Source: a bacterium
Lineage (GTDB): Bacteria > Zhuqueibacterota > Zhuqueibacteria > Zhuqueibacterales > Zhuqueibacteraceae
Direction of reading: 5' to 3'
Length of the DNA: 37,408 nucleotides
NCBI GenBank assembly: GCA_044869275.1
Contig: JBIOXB010000006.1
Location: 1-37,408, forward strand
This document shows positions 9,544 through 19,444 of the stretch, in pieces; position 1 is the first letter of the stretch; every line of letters starts with the position of its first letter. The notes beneath the pieces are model-generated. The model saw nothing but the letters and a program-made list of their open reading frames with translations. It had not been told where the DNA came from and did no database searches. Both the position numbers and the translations under genes were made by a program.

Positions 9544-10458
9544 TTACGAATGCGCGGCGGCAGAGGCCGCAAGTCCTCCGCGGTGCTCCCGCAATGATTG
9601 CCGGCGCAAACGCATTAGCGCTCTCTCTTTGATCTGGCGCATGCGCTCGAGCGTCACGTTGTAGTGCAGGGCGAGCTGCTCCAACGTCTGCGGCAACTCG
9701 CCGTTGAGGCCGAAGTACATGCGGATGATCTCCGCTTCGCGAGAAGGCAAGCTCGAAATCATGACATGCACCTCCTGATGCAACGATTTTTCCAGCAACA
9801 AAATCTCCGGCGAAGCGTGCTGGTCGCCCACCAGTTGGGCCGACATGGTGGTGTTCTCCTCGGCCGCGCCGTTCATATCGAGCGAGATGTGAGGAGCGGA
9901 GGTCATCAGCACATCGAGAGCCTTGAAAGTCGTCATTTCCGCGTTCCGGGCAATCTCTTCGATGCTGGGCTCGCGCTCGAATCGTTGCTGCAGCTCATCC
10001 CGGGCGCATCCGATTTTTTTGATATCATTCAGGCGATGCAAAGGCAGGCGCACCACGCGGCCGTGATTTGCCAATGCCAATAGAATAGATTGACGAATCC
10101 ACCACACGGCATAGGTGATGAATTTGAATCCTCGTGAGGCATTGAAACGCTGGGCCGCCTTGATCAATCCCAGATTGCCTTCGCTGATCAGGTCCGGCAG
10201 CGGCAAGCCGCATCCCTGGTAGCGGTTGGCAATGGCCACCACAAAGCGCAGATTGGATTTGATCAATGTTTCCAGCGCCCCCTGGTCGCCCTCTTGGATG
10301 CGCTGCGCCAACTCGAACTCCTCCTGCACGGAAAGCGGAGGATATTCTTTGATCTCCTCCATGTAGGTGCGGAGGGACTGCCAGTCTCTCTTGTCGCGCA
10401 TCGATTCTTTTTCCATTATTTCCATTTTCCCACTCACGGCCGCTTCCGAGAGGTTCAC
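9544..10458 (-). CDS. Sigma-70 family RNA polymerase sigma factor (RpoD/SigA-like, lacking region 1.1)
   Basis: Region 1.2 YMEEIKEYPPLS, region 2 SNLRFVVAIA..DLISEGNLGLIKAAQRF..FITYAVWWIRQ, region 3 REPSIEEIA, region 4 TLEQL..VTLERMRQIKERAL. Start uncertain (GTG 10458 or a downstream ATG). Confidence 0.93.
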   Translation of the reverse strand: MNLSEAAVSGKMEIMEKESMRDKRDWQSLRTYMEEIKEYPPLSVQEEFELAQRIQEGDQGALETLIKSNLRFVVAIANRYQGCGLPLPDLISEGNLGLIKAAQRFNASRGFKFITYAVWWIRQSILLALANHGRVVRLPLHRLNDIKKIGCARDELQQRFEREPSIEEIARNAEMTTFKALDVLMTSAPHISLDMNGAAEENTTMSAQLVGDQHASPEILLLEKSLHQEVHVMISSLPSREAEIIRMYFGLNGELPQTLEQLALHYNVTLERMRQIKERALMRLRRQSLREHRGGLAASAAAHS

Positions 10459-10472
10459 TTCTCTCTAGATCA

Positions 10473-10556
10473 TAACCCGGACAAGCCGGAACCTCAAAAT
10501 CCAAAACACAAAATCCAAGAATGGTTTTGAGTCTTGAGCTTTGGATTTTGGATTTC
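10473..10556. repeat. Heptamer-periodic imperfect inverted repeat (REP/MITE-like hairpin)
   Basis: TAACCCGGACAAGCCGGAACC is followed by CAAAATC CAAAACA CAAAATC CAAGAAT (10495-10522) and the complementary GGTTTTG AGTCTTG AGCTTTG GATTTTG (10523-10550). Confidence 0.65.
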
Positions 10557-10584
10557 TTTGCTCAAAAAGCACAGATTTCACTTG

Positions 10585-11769
10585 TCATAGAATAACTGCT
10601 TCATACACTTCCCGCCATTGTCGTAGCTCACGTTCCGCGGTCATGGCGCGAGCCGTAGCGGCGGCGTTTTCAGCCAGGCGTTTGCGCAACACGGGACTCT
10701 CCACCAGAGTCATGATCGCCTCCGCGATTTCTTCCGCCGAGCCGGGATTGACCAGCAGGCCGTTTTCACGGTTGCGAATGATCTCCGGAATCGCGCCGGT
10801 GCGGCTGCCGATCACCGGTTTCCCCAAAGCCATGGCTTCGAGCATCGCCAGCGGACAGCCCTCTGAAAACAAAGAAGGAAATACCATGATGTCGAAAAGC
10901 TCTAAATAGTCCGCCATGCGCTCCGGTGGAATTCTGCCAGTGACAATAGCGCGATCGTGCAGACCATAATCGCACAGATATTGCTGGTGCAATTGCCGAT
11001 CTTCCTCCTTGAAATAGTCGCCCGCCAGCAAAAGCGTATAATCGCAGCGACCTTTCAAGCCGGCCAGCGCCTGGAAGAGATAACGCAATCCTTTTTTATA
11101 GCGAAACAGCCCGCTGGTGCCGATCACCATTCCCCTCAGATTCAATGCCGGCCGTGTTTGCGGAGAGAGCCGGTCGGGATCGACAGAATTCAGGATGGTT
11201 TGCGCTTTTCCGGCAAGCGGCGTAATCGCGCGCGAGGCCAAATTCAGCAAGCTGGCCGCGACCGAGGTGACATAATCGGCATTTTCCAGCGCGGCGCGGA
11301 TCAACGGCAGGCGCAGTGGATCAAAAGCGTATTTGCCGACGTCGTTGCCGCGAATGGAGACGATGACTTTTGCCGTATGCAGCCGGCCGACGAGCCCGGC
11401 AATGAATCCCGCCGGATAAAGAAAAAAAGCATGGAGTACTTCATATTGATACTGGCGCTGTAAATGCTCCAACGCATGAAACATCTCGCGATTGTAACGC
11501 GTCAGAAATTCGGCTTCGGAGCCGGCGGGTTCCTGTTCACGATCGGGATGATAAACTTTGACGCGATGCACCAACACTTTGCCCTCGGGGACGCTGGCAA
11601 TGCTTTCGTCGAGGGGCAGTGGCGTTGCATGTTTCTGCAACGCCACCACGTGAACCGCCATGCCGGAACGCGCCAACATGTTGGCCACGCGATAGGCCGA
11701 ATGCCCGACCCCGCCAATCTGCGGCGGGTATTGCCCCGTGACAATGCAGGTTCTTACTTTCATTTTCAT
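10585..11769 (-). CDS. Glycosyltransferase family 4 (GT-B)
   Basis: N-terminal YPPQIGGVG, KKGL, and EX7E motif SEGCPLAMLEAMALGKPVI. ATGA overlap with the upstream gene. Confidence 0.93.
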   Translation of the reverse strand: MKMKVRTCIVTGQYPPQIGGVGHSAYRVANMLARSGMAVHVVALQKHATPLPLDESIASVPEGKVLVHRVKVYHPDREQEPAGSEAEFLTRYNREMFHALEHLQRQYQYEVLHAFFLYPAGFIAGLVGRLHTAKVIVSIRGNDVGKYAFDPLRLPLIRAALENADYVTSVAASLLNLASRAITPLAGKAQTILNSVDPDRLSPQTRPALNLRGMVIGTSGLFRYKKGLRYLFQALAGLKGRCDYTLLLAGDYFKEEDRQLHQQYLCDYGLHDRAIVTGRIPPERMADYLELFDIMVFPSLFSEGCPLAMLEAMALGKPVIGSRTGAIPEIIRNRENGLLVNPGSAEEIAEAIMTLVESPVLRKRLAENAAATARAMTAERELRQWREVYEAVIL

Positions 11770-13205
11770 CCCGCTGCTGCATTTGCCAACAGACGCGCGT
11801 GAGTTTCAAAGTCGGTAACGAGCTCGCGCGGCCCGCGCCGGGCGCTTTTTCCCGCGCTTGGCGCCTTGCTCTTCTCCGACAGTTCGCGGGCAATGGTGAT
11901 CACTTGCTGCGCGTTCTTTTCCCAGGTCCTTTCGCGCTGCACCCATGCCTTGGCATTTTCGCCCAGGCGCTGCCGGAGCCGCGCGTCCTTGACGAACTGC
12001 TGGAGGGCGGCCATGAGCCCGTCCGTATCTCCTGGTTCAAAAAGCAAGCCGGTCTGGCCCTCAGAGATCACCTCTTGAATTTGGCCAATCTTGGCCGCGA
12101 CCACAGCTTTGCCCATGACCATGTATTCGAATATTTTGATGGGCGAATAATAAAAATTCTCGTTGGGAATGTATGGCGCCACGGTGATATCCATGGCGGC
12201 GATGTAATAGGGGATATCGTCGTAAGAGACGTTTCCAGTAAAAATCACCGCGTCGTCAAGGCCGTGATCGTGTGTATATTTTTCCAAGGATTCGCGTTCG
12301 GGCCCCTCGCCCACGATGACCAAACGAACCTGGGGGCACTCCGCACACAGCTTTTTGAAGGCCTCGATCAAGGTCACGACGCCGTGCCATACCTTGAGGC
12401 TGCCAATGAAACCGATCACGCATTTGTTCTCGAGTTGGTGCGTGGCTCGCACCATGTCGCTGCCTTTTTCTTGCAGCAGGACGAAGCGTTTCGGATCCAC
12501 GGCATTCGGCTGAAGATGAATGCGCGCTTCCGGCACCCCACACGAAGCCACCAGCTCATGCAAACGCTGGGAGACCACCACCACCCCATCGGTCTCACGC
12601 CAAATGCGGTGTTCCAGCGCTTGCGCCAGGGCTTTCATTTCTAACCCGCGCATTTTTTGCTGCTCATACACGAGCGGCGCATTCACCTCCAAGATGTGCG
12701 GCACGCCGAGCTCCCGGGCCAGGCGAATGCCGGCGTAACTGAACAGGGTGTAACGTTCATATATCAAATCCACGTTGTGGAACAGGAGGTAGTCGCGCGC
12801 TTTCTCGTAGAGCGTCAGATTGTACAGCAAATTGCGCAATTCCTGCCGCAGGCGGGTTTTCACTCCCCAGAGCCTGTCAAGATCTTCCAGCTCCTGCATG
12901 AGCTTGAAATAGCGCTCGCGAGGAGGAAGGGCGGGGAAGAAGGTCACCCGTTGCTGTATGGCTGAGGAAACCTGGGGATGGCGAACGGGGGCAAATGAGA
13001 ACAGGTGCAGAGGAGGCGAAATCGACTGCGCCCTCTCGCCGTTCTGGTTGTTGCCCCGATCAAGATCATCCATCGCCGGAGAAATCACCCTGACCGAATG
13101 GCCGGTTTCAGCAAAAGCTGCCACAAGTTCTCGCACGTGGATCGAAGCGCCCTTGTAGCCGAAAATTGGAACGCCAAAATCTGCACTGATGTAAGCTATA
13201 TTCAT
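11766..13205 (-). CDS. Glycosyltransferase family 4 (GT-B)
   Basis: ATG at 13205 with GAGGTGG RBS. Motifs GASIHV, IYERY, LEVNAP, GFIGSLKVWHG and YSPIKIFEYM. Confidence 0.92.
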   Translation of the reverse strand: MNIAYISADFGVPIFGYKGASIHVRELVAAFAETGHSVRVISPAMDDLDRGNNQNGERAQSISPPLHLFSFAPVRHPQVSSAIQQRVTFFPALPPRERYFKLMQELEDLDRLWGVKTRLRQELRNLLYNLTLYEKARDYLLFHNVDLIYERYTLFSYAGIRLARELGVPHILEVNAPLVYEQQKMRGLEMKALAQALEHRIWRETDGVVVVSQRLHELVASCGVPEARIHLQPNAVDPKRFVLLQEKGSDMVRATHQLENKCVIGFIGSLKVWHGVVTLIEAFKKLCAECPQVRLVIVGEGPERESLEKYTHDHGLDDAVIFTGNVSYDDIPYYIAAMDITVAPYIPNENFYYSPIKIFEYMVMGKAVVAAKIGQIQEVISEGQTGLLFEPGDTDGLMAALQQFVKDARLRQRLGENAKAWVQRERTWEKNAQQVITIARELSEKSKAPSAGKSARRGPRELVTDFETHARLLANAAAG

Positions 13206-13247
13206 GATCCCACCTCGTGTCAATACCGCGGAGCGAAAAAAATTCTT

Positions 13248-14624
13248 TTATGGATGCAATAAGATCATCTTGCCTGTGGCTTCGGTGTTATCCAAAGTGA
13301 CGCGATAAAAATAAACTCCATCGGGCACGTCCCGGCCCGTTGCGTCCAAGCCGTCCCACCGTATCCTACGGGCGCCTGCCGTTTGCGGCATATCCACCAG
13401 CCGGCGAATTTCCTGGCCGATCAGATTGTAAATGGCCAGCGTCACATATCCGGTACGACGGATATCATAGCGAATACTCGTTGACAAATTGAACGGATTG
13501 GGATAATTCTGCTCCAAGACAAACCTTTCCGGTGTGCCCGGCGCCTCCTCGCCCACCCCAACAGAGCTCGAACAGATCCTCAAATAGGTTTGCGCAATAT
13601 CCTCCCAAGCATAAAGCTGGAAGTTCCTCTGGGGCGAGTTGTGACAGATGAGAAAACCGTGGGGCAAATCTGCAGAAGTGGGGCGACTGGTCACATCGAG
13701 ACCGTCGGTTTGCGTCGCGCCATTCGTTTGGATGGTGGTTAACAGGCTATGCCCGTGAGGATTACCGGGATCGCCCTCGCGCCGATAGACTTTGACCGTG
13801 TTGTCGCCCTGGCTCGAGAGCAAAAGATAGCCCGTGGTATCACCGCATTGGTAGACGGCCATACCTTCGCGATCGCCCGAAATATTGTCTTGGGTGGCGA
13901 ACAAGGCCAGTCTCGCATTGCCGCGATCGGGATCGGCATAGAATTTGTGCACACCGACGTCCTCCTCGGAAACATAGATATAGCCGAGGGCATCATCGGC
14001 GACCAAGCCTTCCGCCAGAGTGGTGATCTGGCCGAACTCACGAACTTTCGTTCCGCGCACCATACCAGCGCCATCATCGCTAAGCAGCAATTGCCAGAGC
14101 GTTTTGTTGCCGCTGACATTGTTGCTCACTACGGCAAATATCGCCCCGTCCGCCGGACGTTGGTAGAGGCCGATGCCATAAGGCTCGCGAAACACCGGGA
14201 TGCCGCCGGCCGTGGTGAGGTCGGAAAGCATGCGCGTCACCGGATCGATTTTGTAGACGCGAATCTCGCTATCATCGCGCATGCTGACCACCGCGATGTC
14301 GACGAGGCCGCTGTGCAGTCGCATGCCGTGGCGCACGTCAACGTTGTTGGGATGATTGATGCTCAGGCGTTGGTGCAGAGTGCCGTTCATGTTCCAGACA
14401 AACAGCCCGCCGTTGGGGAAACTCCCTTTGTCGGTGCCGATGATCAGGCTTTGCGCGGGTGCAGTCGGATGAATCCAGATGGCGGGATCGTCGGCGTCAT
14501 CCACGACCGGAGAAGTGGAGCGGTGGGGATTCACGACAATGGTGGATGGTATCCCTTGAGCAAAAAGGGGCGCGGCGAGTAGCACTAGCACTACCGGAAA
14601 ATGTTTTAACCCACGCGTCAGCAT
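13248..14624 (-). CDS. Beta-propeller phytase (3-phytase) with signal peptide and C-terminal T9SS/FlgD-Ig-like domain
   Basis: DDADDPAIWIHP, IIGTDK, NNVDVR, EGLVAD, DREGMAVY, SSQGDN and TDGLDV motifs. CTD LEQNYPNPFN..IYNLIGQ..WDG..GVYFYR..KMILL. AGGAGG RBS. Confidence 0.92.
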   Translation of the reverse strand: MLTRGLKHFPVVLVLLAAPLFAQGIPSTIVVNPHRSTSPVVDDADDPAIWIHPTAPAQSLIIGTDKGSFPNGGLFVWNMNGTLHQRLSINHPNNVDVRHGMRLHSGLVDIAVVSMRDDSEIRVYKIDPVTRMLSDLTTAGGIPVFREPYGIGLYQRPADGAIFAVVSNNVSGNKTLWQLLLSDDGAGMVRGTKVREFGQITTLAEGLVADDALGYIYVSEEDVGVHKFYADPDRGNARLALFATQDNISGDREGMAVYQCGDTTGYLLLSSQGDNTVKVYRREGDPGNPHGHSLLTTIQTNGATQTDGLDVTSRPTSADLPHGFLICHNSPQRNFQLYAWEDIAQTYLRICSSSVGVGEEAPGTPERFVLEQNYPNPFNLSTSIRYDIRRTGYVTLAIYNLIGQEIRRLVDMPQTAGARRIRWDGLDATGRDVPDGVYFYRVTLDNTEATGKMILLHP

Positions 14625-14669
14625 TAATGCATCCTCCTATAATTAGACCATGACACTTTGAGGACGTGA

Positions 14670-16073
14670 TCAGTCACGCCAGCCAGTTATGATTTCGCGG
14701 CCAACACTTTCGAGTCGCTGCAACGCCGGCAAGTCAAGATTCTTGATGGACGAAAACATCTTGGTAATCAAGAAGGCCCGCGCGTACCAGGCGAGACGGT
14801 AAGCGTCGTATTTGAACCCGGGCACCAGCTCGCCATAGTGCCGGCAGAATAGTTCGGCAGCGCGCTGCAGGCGTGACCGCGCGAATCCACGCGTGATTTC
14901 AAGATATCGCAAAGAGGCGACGAACTCGGCGAGATCGTAATACGGATCGCCTGTCGATACGGCATCGAAATCCACCAGCGCCAGCTCCGCCTTCCGCACC
15001 AACATTTGCTCAATCCGGCAGGCGCCGTGAATGGGCACCGCCGGAACCGCTCGCCGTGCGATCATACGCTTCTCGGTTTCCAAGCCCTCGAGCACCGGCC
15101 GGATGAAGGGCTGTACCTGCGGCAGCAAATGCATCAACAGTGCCCCGTCTTCACGCGCGGTGTCCAGGACCTCATCCAAATCGGGCCCGGGACGAAGGCC
15201 TTGCACGCGACTGCGATGCAAGGCCGCGATCATCGCAGCAATACGGGGAAAGAGCTCTTCCCAATTCTCTTCCGCCAGCACGTTGATGATAGCATCTCCG
15301 GCCCATTCCGCCTGCCAATAGGTATTGAAACCGTCGAGATGGAGAAGCGGCTTGGGCAGATTGATTTCTCGGGTTTGCGCGGCCAACTGCTCGTGGACCG
15401 ACTTCGTCATGGCGAAATGGTACGCGCTCCAGCCGTCACGATAGGTCTTGCTGTAAAAGCGCACACGCTGGGGTTCGCCGGAAGGCGCGACGACATTCAT
15501 GTGGAAGCGCAGCACGCAACGTTTACATGGCATATACTTGACGCGATCATATTCAAGATCGGCGCAACGCCACGTTCCGGGCTTGCCATTGGTGACGTTT
15601 GCGGCAACGCCAAACGCCGGCCAATTCGCCTGAATTTCCTGCCGGACAAAATCTGGATCAATCACCGCAGACAAAGTCGTGATTTTGGGATCCTGCGGGA
15701 AAACCCAAAGGATCATGTTCAAATCGTGCCAGAACGACAGCGGCGGCAGGCGTTTCAAAAACTCATGGGACACACCAAAACGCTCGATCGCGCGCCCGGC
15801 TCGTTCGAGCTGATTGCAGGCGCGATGCGGTGGGTACATGCGCCCAAAAAACCACTCCTCGACTTCCCGGCCGGAAGGATGTCGCAGCGACAAACGATAC
15901 AGAATCCCGCAATGGTGCCCCGGCCGGTAATAGATTTTTTCGATCGCGCACTGTGCCGGTTCCCACTCCAGGTCGGAATTAGCGGCGCGCAAATGCCGGC
16001 CGAAATGCTCCTGCATGGCGGAGACGTCCAACGCGGTAGTGAGGTGGGGGAGGGTACTGTCCTGAAGTAGCAT
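14670..16073 (-). CDS. Aminoglycoside-phosphotransferase (APH)-like protein, probable pseudokinase
   Basis: Kinase-like C-lobe PIHGACRIEQ..LVDFD..GDPYYDLA, with HGD replaced by HGA. Duplicated N-lobe motif (YRPGHHC and YMPCKRC). Confidence 0.82.
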   Translation of the reverse strand: MLLQDSTLPHLTTALDVSAMQEHFGRHLRAANSDLEWEPAQCAIEKIYYRPGHHCGILYRLSLRHPSGREVEEWFFGRMYPPHRACNQLERAGRAIERFGVSHEFLKRLPPLSFWHDLNMILWVFPQDPKITTLSAVIDPDFVRQEIQANWPAFGVAANVTNGKPGTWRCADLEYDRVKYMPCKRCVLRFHMNVVAPSGEPQRVRFYSKTYRDGWSAYHFAMTKSVHEQLAAQTREINLPKPLLHLDGFNTYWQAEWAGDAIINVLAEENWEELFPRIAAMIAALHRSRVQGLRPGPDLDEVLDTAREDGALLMHLLPQVQPFIRPVLEGLETEKRMIARRAVPAVPIHGACRIEQMLVRKAELALVDFDAVSTGDPYYDLAEFVASLRYLEITRGFARSRLQRAAELFCRHYGELVPGFKYDAYRLAWYARAFLITKMFSSIKNLDLPALQRLESVGREIITGWRD

Positions 16074-16117
16074 CTTGAAGTCTCCGTGTTTCCAGACGAG
16101 TTGTCCGGGTTATCTGC

Positions 16118-17488
16118 TCACGCCGGACAGAGGTTGTGCGCGATTTTAAGAAGTTCACTTACCAATCGCGGGTTCATGCGCTTGACCGATTTGTTGAGCT
16201 CACTACTGATGACATGAGTGGCGGCAAACCAATTGATCCGTTCCCACGGCAGAGGCAGAGCGGCGGCGCGATTGTATGACTCGCAGAAATTCATGACGGT
16301 CTGCTCGGCCAGCTCCGCGGAGATCCATGAAGCGGCTTTCATCCTATAAACGTGGGCAATGAAACGGCCCACATCATAGCCGGGCTCACCCAAGCGCATA
16401 CCGTCAAAATCAATGAAAGCAAAGCCTCCGTTCGTGGCAAAAATGTGGCTGAATTTGAAAGAAGCATGCACGGGAGTCACGGCGCCAGGCCCTAATTCCG
16501 CCGCAGTATCTATGAGTCTTTGGCAGACAGCCATACAAGGTTGGGCGTATGCCGGGAATGATTTGCTGATCGCCGCCACAGCTTGACCCATTTCCTTGAT
16601 TTGAAAATCCAAGGTTATTCTTAGCGGCAATTGCAAATGCAGGCCATGCAAAGCAGCCAGACGCACGCCGATCTCTTTCGCGGCTTCCGGCAAACGGGGA
16701 ATATTTTTCTCCACTTTTGCAAAAGGCTGGCCGGGAAACGCCTCCTGCCAGAGAATTTGCAGATCCGGATCATAGCTGTAGGGCTGCGGCAGAGCCAGCT
16801 GACCGTTGCGGCGCGCCTTGCTATCCCATATTTGCTTCACAACCGCATAAGCTTTCGCGCCTTCATTTTCGCTATAGGCCTTGCCATAAACGGACCACAC
16901 GGTTCTCAGATGATCAGAACCTGCGGCATTCAAGGTCAGATGATAGATGAAGCTGCAGCGCTTGCCGGGCGCATACCTGACCATCGTGGCGGTGGCCGAC
17001 ACCGGCGGTTGATTCAGGCCGAATTTTTCCGGCGCGGCTTGGGCGAACGCGAGAATTCTTTTCGCATCGATCATCACGGGCAAGCCGGGCAGATTCGGGT
17101 CATTGGGATGGGCCCAAATGATCATTTGCCATTCCGGGATGTATACCACCGCGGAGCCAAACTCTGGCTGCACCAAATTCTCACGATTCAGTGAATCAAA
17201 AACCTCCTGGGCGCACTGGGAGGAATGAAAAAGCTTGCCAAAAAAAACCTGCCCGCCACTCTGGGGGCTATTTTGACGATGAAGCTTTGCACTCAGCACC
17301 ATGCGGCAGTTATGGCCGGGTTTGTAGTACAACTCATTGATCCCACACTCATCAATTTGTATTACGTCTGAACCGGAAGATGGCGCCAGGTAGTGCTCGA
17401 GCATCGACGCCAACTTCACCGGATCGGCGATGTCGCACAATTGCGGGAACTCGTAATTTTCCCGCTTGTGCTTGGCGATATTGATCAT
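16118..17488 (-). CDS. APH-like protein, probable pseudokinase
   Basis: PVHASFKFSH..FIDFD..GEPGYDVG, with HGD replaced by HAS. Duplicated N-lobe (YKPGHNC and YAPGKRC). ATG 17488 overlaps the upstream TGA (ATGA). Confidence 0.82.
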   Translation of the reverse strand: MINIAKHKRENYEFPQLCDIADPVKLASMLEHYLAPSSGSDVIQIDECGINELYYKPGHNCRMVLSAKLHRQNSPQSGGQVFFGKLFHSSQCAQEVFDSLNRENLVQPEFGSAVVYIPEWQMIIWAHPNDPNLPGLPVMIDAKRILAFAQAAPEKFGLNQPPVSATATMVRYAPGKRCSFIYHLTLNAAGSDHLRTVWSVYGKAYSENEGAKAYAVVKQIWDSKARRNGQLALPQPYSYDPDLQILWQEAFPGQPFAKVEKNIPRLPEAAKEIGVRLAALHGLHLQLPLRITLDFQIKEMGQAVAAISKSFPAYAQPCMAVCQRLIDTAAELGPGAVTPVHASFKFSHIFATNGGFAFIDFDGMRLGEPGYDVGRFIAHVYRMKAASWISAELAEQTVMNFCESYNRAAALPLPWERINWFAATHVISSELNKSVKRMNPRLVSELLKIAHNLCPA

Positions 17489-19404
17489 CTGAAAGCCTCC
17501 TCTGTGCACACGGCCGCCGATTCGCCATGATCAGCCTTTTGCGGCAGAGCTGTTGCAAATTGGCTGAGCTGAAGCTCATAAAGCTCGCGATATTCACGGC
17601 TGGTTTTCAGCAATTCCTCGTGCGCGCCGAAATCGACGAGGCGGCCTTTCTCCAACAACATAACTTTATCCGCATGCGCCACGGTCCACAGCTTATGCGC
17701 AATGATGAAAGTTGTCTTGCGCAAGGTGAGGGCGCGCAGAGCTTCCTGAATTCTGGCTTCGGTCACCGCATCCAAGGCGGTAGCGGGCTCGTCCAGGATC
17801 ACGATGGGCGTATTGCGAATGATGGCGCGCGCGAGGTTGAGGCGCTGCTTCTGACCACCGGAGAGATTCTCTCCGCCTTCATAGATCATGGTGTCATAGC
17901 CGTCCGGCATGTTCATGATGAAATCATGCGCCTGGGCCATTTTGGCTGCCTGCACGATTTCTCGCTCGGTGGCATCTCTTTTGCCGAACCCGATGTTCTC
18001 GCGCACGGTTTTGTTAAACAACCTCGCTTCCTGCATCACCACCGTAATTTGCTCCCGCAAAGATTGCAGCCTGAAGTCACGGATATCGCGGCCATCGATC
18101 AGGATTCGCCCTTGCTGCGGATCATAGAACCGCAAGAGCAAGCTGATGAGGGTCGATTTGCCGGCGCCGTTGTGCCCGAGCAGCGCCACCGTTTGGCCGG
18201 GCTCGACGGTAAAATCGAGGTTCTTCAGCACCGTCACGCCTTGGCCGTAGCCGAAGCTGACCCTCCGGAATGCGATGCGCCCATTGAAACGAGGGGCAGG
18301 TATGGCTTTGGGTGCATCGTGCATGATCATATCGCATTCGAGCAGTTCCAACAGGCGCTCGCCCGCCACCTGGGACTTGCTCACGCTCAGCATCATCTCG
18401 GCGAGCTTATCCAACGGGCCGTAAAGTTTGCGCAGATAGGCAACAAACAGCACCACCGTGCCGGGCAAGAGCGCTTGCTCCAAGGCCAGACTTCCGCCCC
18501 AATACACCACGCCCGCAGTGCCGCAAGCAGCCAGCATGGTGCTGATGCGTCTGAACATTTTCGCAAGCCGCATGGCTTCCACCCCGGAGGCCAGACTGGC
18601 GCGATTTTGCAGCGCAAAGCGCGCTTGCTGCGCGTCTTCGCGGCCGTACGCCTGCACCAGGGCCATGGCCGTGACATTCTCGGCCAGGAGAGCGCTCATC
18701 TCACTTTCATTGCTTTTCTTCCGCTTGGTCACACGGTGCAGCCCGGCGCCGATGTGCCGCTGCGCAGCATACAGCAGCGGCATGATGCTGAAAGCGAGCA
18801 AGGCCAGGCGCCACTCCAGCACCAGCATCAAACCGACGTGCGAGACGATTACGGCCAGGCGATAAACAAAATTCTGCGGCAAATCGATCAAGGCCGGCTT
18901 GAGATCGTTGATGTCGGAAGTCAGCCGGTAAACGAGATCGCCGGAGCGCACGGACTCGTGAAACGACAATGACAGTCGCTGCAAATGCGCAAAAATACGC
19001 GCGCGGATGTCGGTTACGATTTTCTCTCCCAGACTGAGCATCTCGATCTTGCTGAAATAAGTAACCACGCTCTCGGAAATTTGCAGCGCGATAAATGCCA
19101 GCACCAGCACCGCCAGCAACAACTGCATGTCCGACCCCACCAACCCGTCCAATAAATGGGCTCCTTCGGGCAGCGGTTTTTGGGGAATGACATAGTCCAA
19201 AATGAGTTTCAACGGCCACGGCGTCAGCAAGGCGAGAAGGATCGAAAACAGTAAGCCGGCATACACCAGCGCCAAGAGTTTCCATTGTCGTTTGTAATGT
19301 TGCCCAAAAACCTTGTACATGCGGATCAGGGTTTTGTAATTGCAGCGCTTCTGATCCCGGCTTTGAGTAAGGGCGGAAAATTGGTTTTTCACGCGATGAT
19401 TCAT
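17485..19404 (-). CDS. ABC exporter, fused TMD-NBD (MsbA-like)
   Basis: PWPLKLILD TMD, Walker A GHNGAGKST, signature LSGGQKQR, Walker B ILDEP, H-loop IAHK. Confidence 0.95.
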   Translation of the reverse strand: MNHRVKNQFSALTQSRDQKRCNYKTLIRMYKVFGQHYKRQWKLLALVYAGLLFSILLALLTPWPLKLILDYVIPQKPLPEGAHLLDGLVGSDMQLLLAVLVLAFIALQISESVVTYFSKIEMLSLGEKIVTDIRARIFAHLQRLSLSFHESVRSGDLVYRLTSDINDLKPALIDLPQNFVYRLAVIVSHVGLMLVLEWRLALLAFSIMPLLYAAQRHIGAGLHRVTKRKKSNESEMSALLAENVTAMALVQAYGREDAQQARFALQNRASLASGVEAMRLAKMFRRISTMLAACGTAGVVYWGGSLALEQALLPGTVVLFVAYLRKLYGPLDKLAEMMLSVSKSQVAGERLLELLECDMIMHDAPKAIPAPRFNGRIAFRRVSFGYGQGVTVLKNLDFTVEPGQTVALLGHNGAGKSTLISLLLRFYDPQQGRILIDGRDIRDFRLQSLREQITVVMQEARLFNKTVRENIGFGKRDATEREIVQAAKMAQAHDFIMNMPDGYDTMIYEGGENLSGGQKQRLNLARAIIRNTPIVILDEPATALDAVTEARIQEALRALTLRKTTFIIAHKLWTVAHADKVMLLEKGRLVDFGAHEELLKTSREYRELYELQLSQFATALPQKADHGESAAVCTEEAFR

Positions 19405-19444
19405 TTCATCCTCGTTAAACTCCCACCTGCCCTACTGCGATACT

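Noticed and set aside
14631..14669. Possible Pho box (GTGTCAT) upstream of the phytase
   Set aside because: Only one half-site, with no 11-bp-spaced partner.
17527..18972. 481-aa plus-strand ORF
   Set aside because: Exact antisense of an ABC transporter gene, a common artefact.
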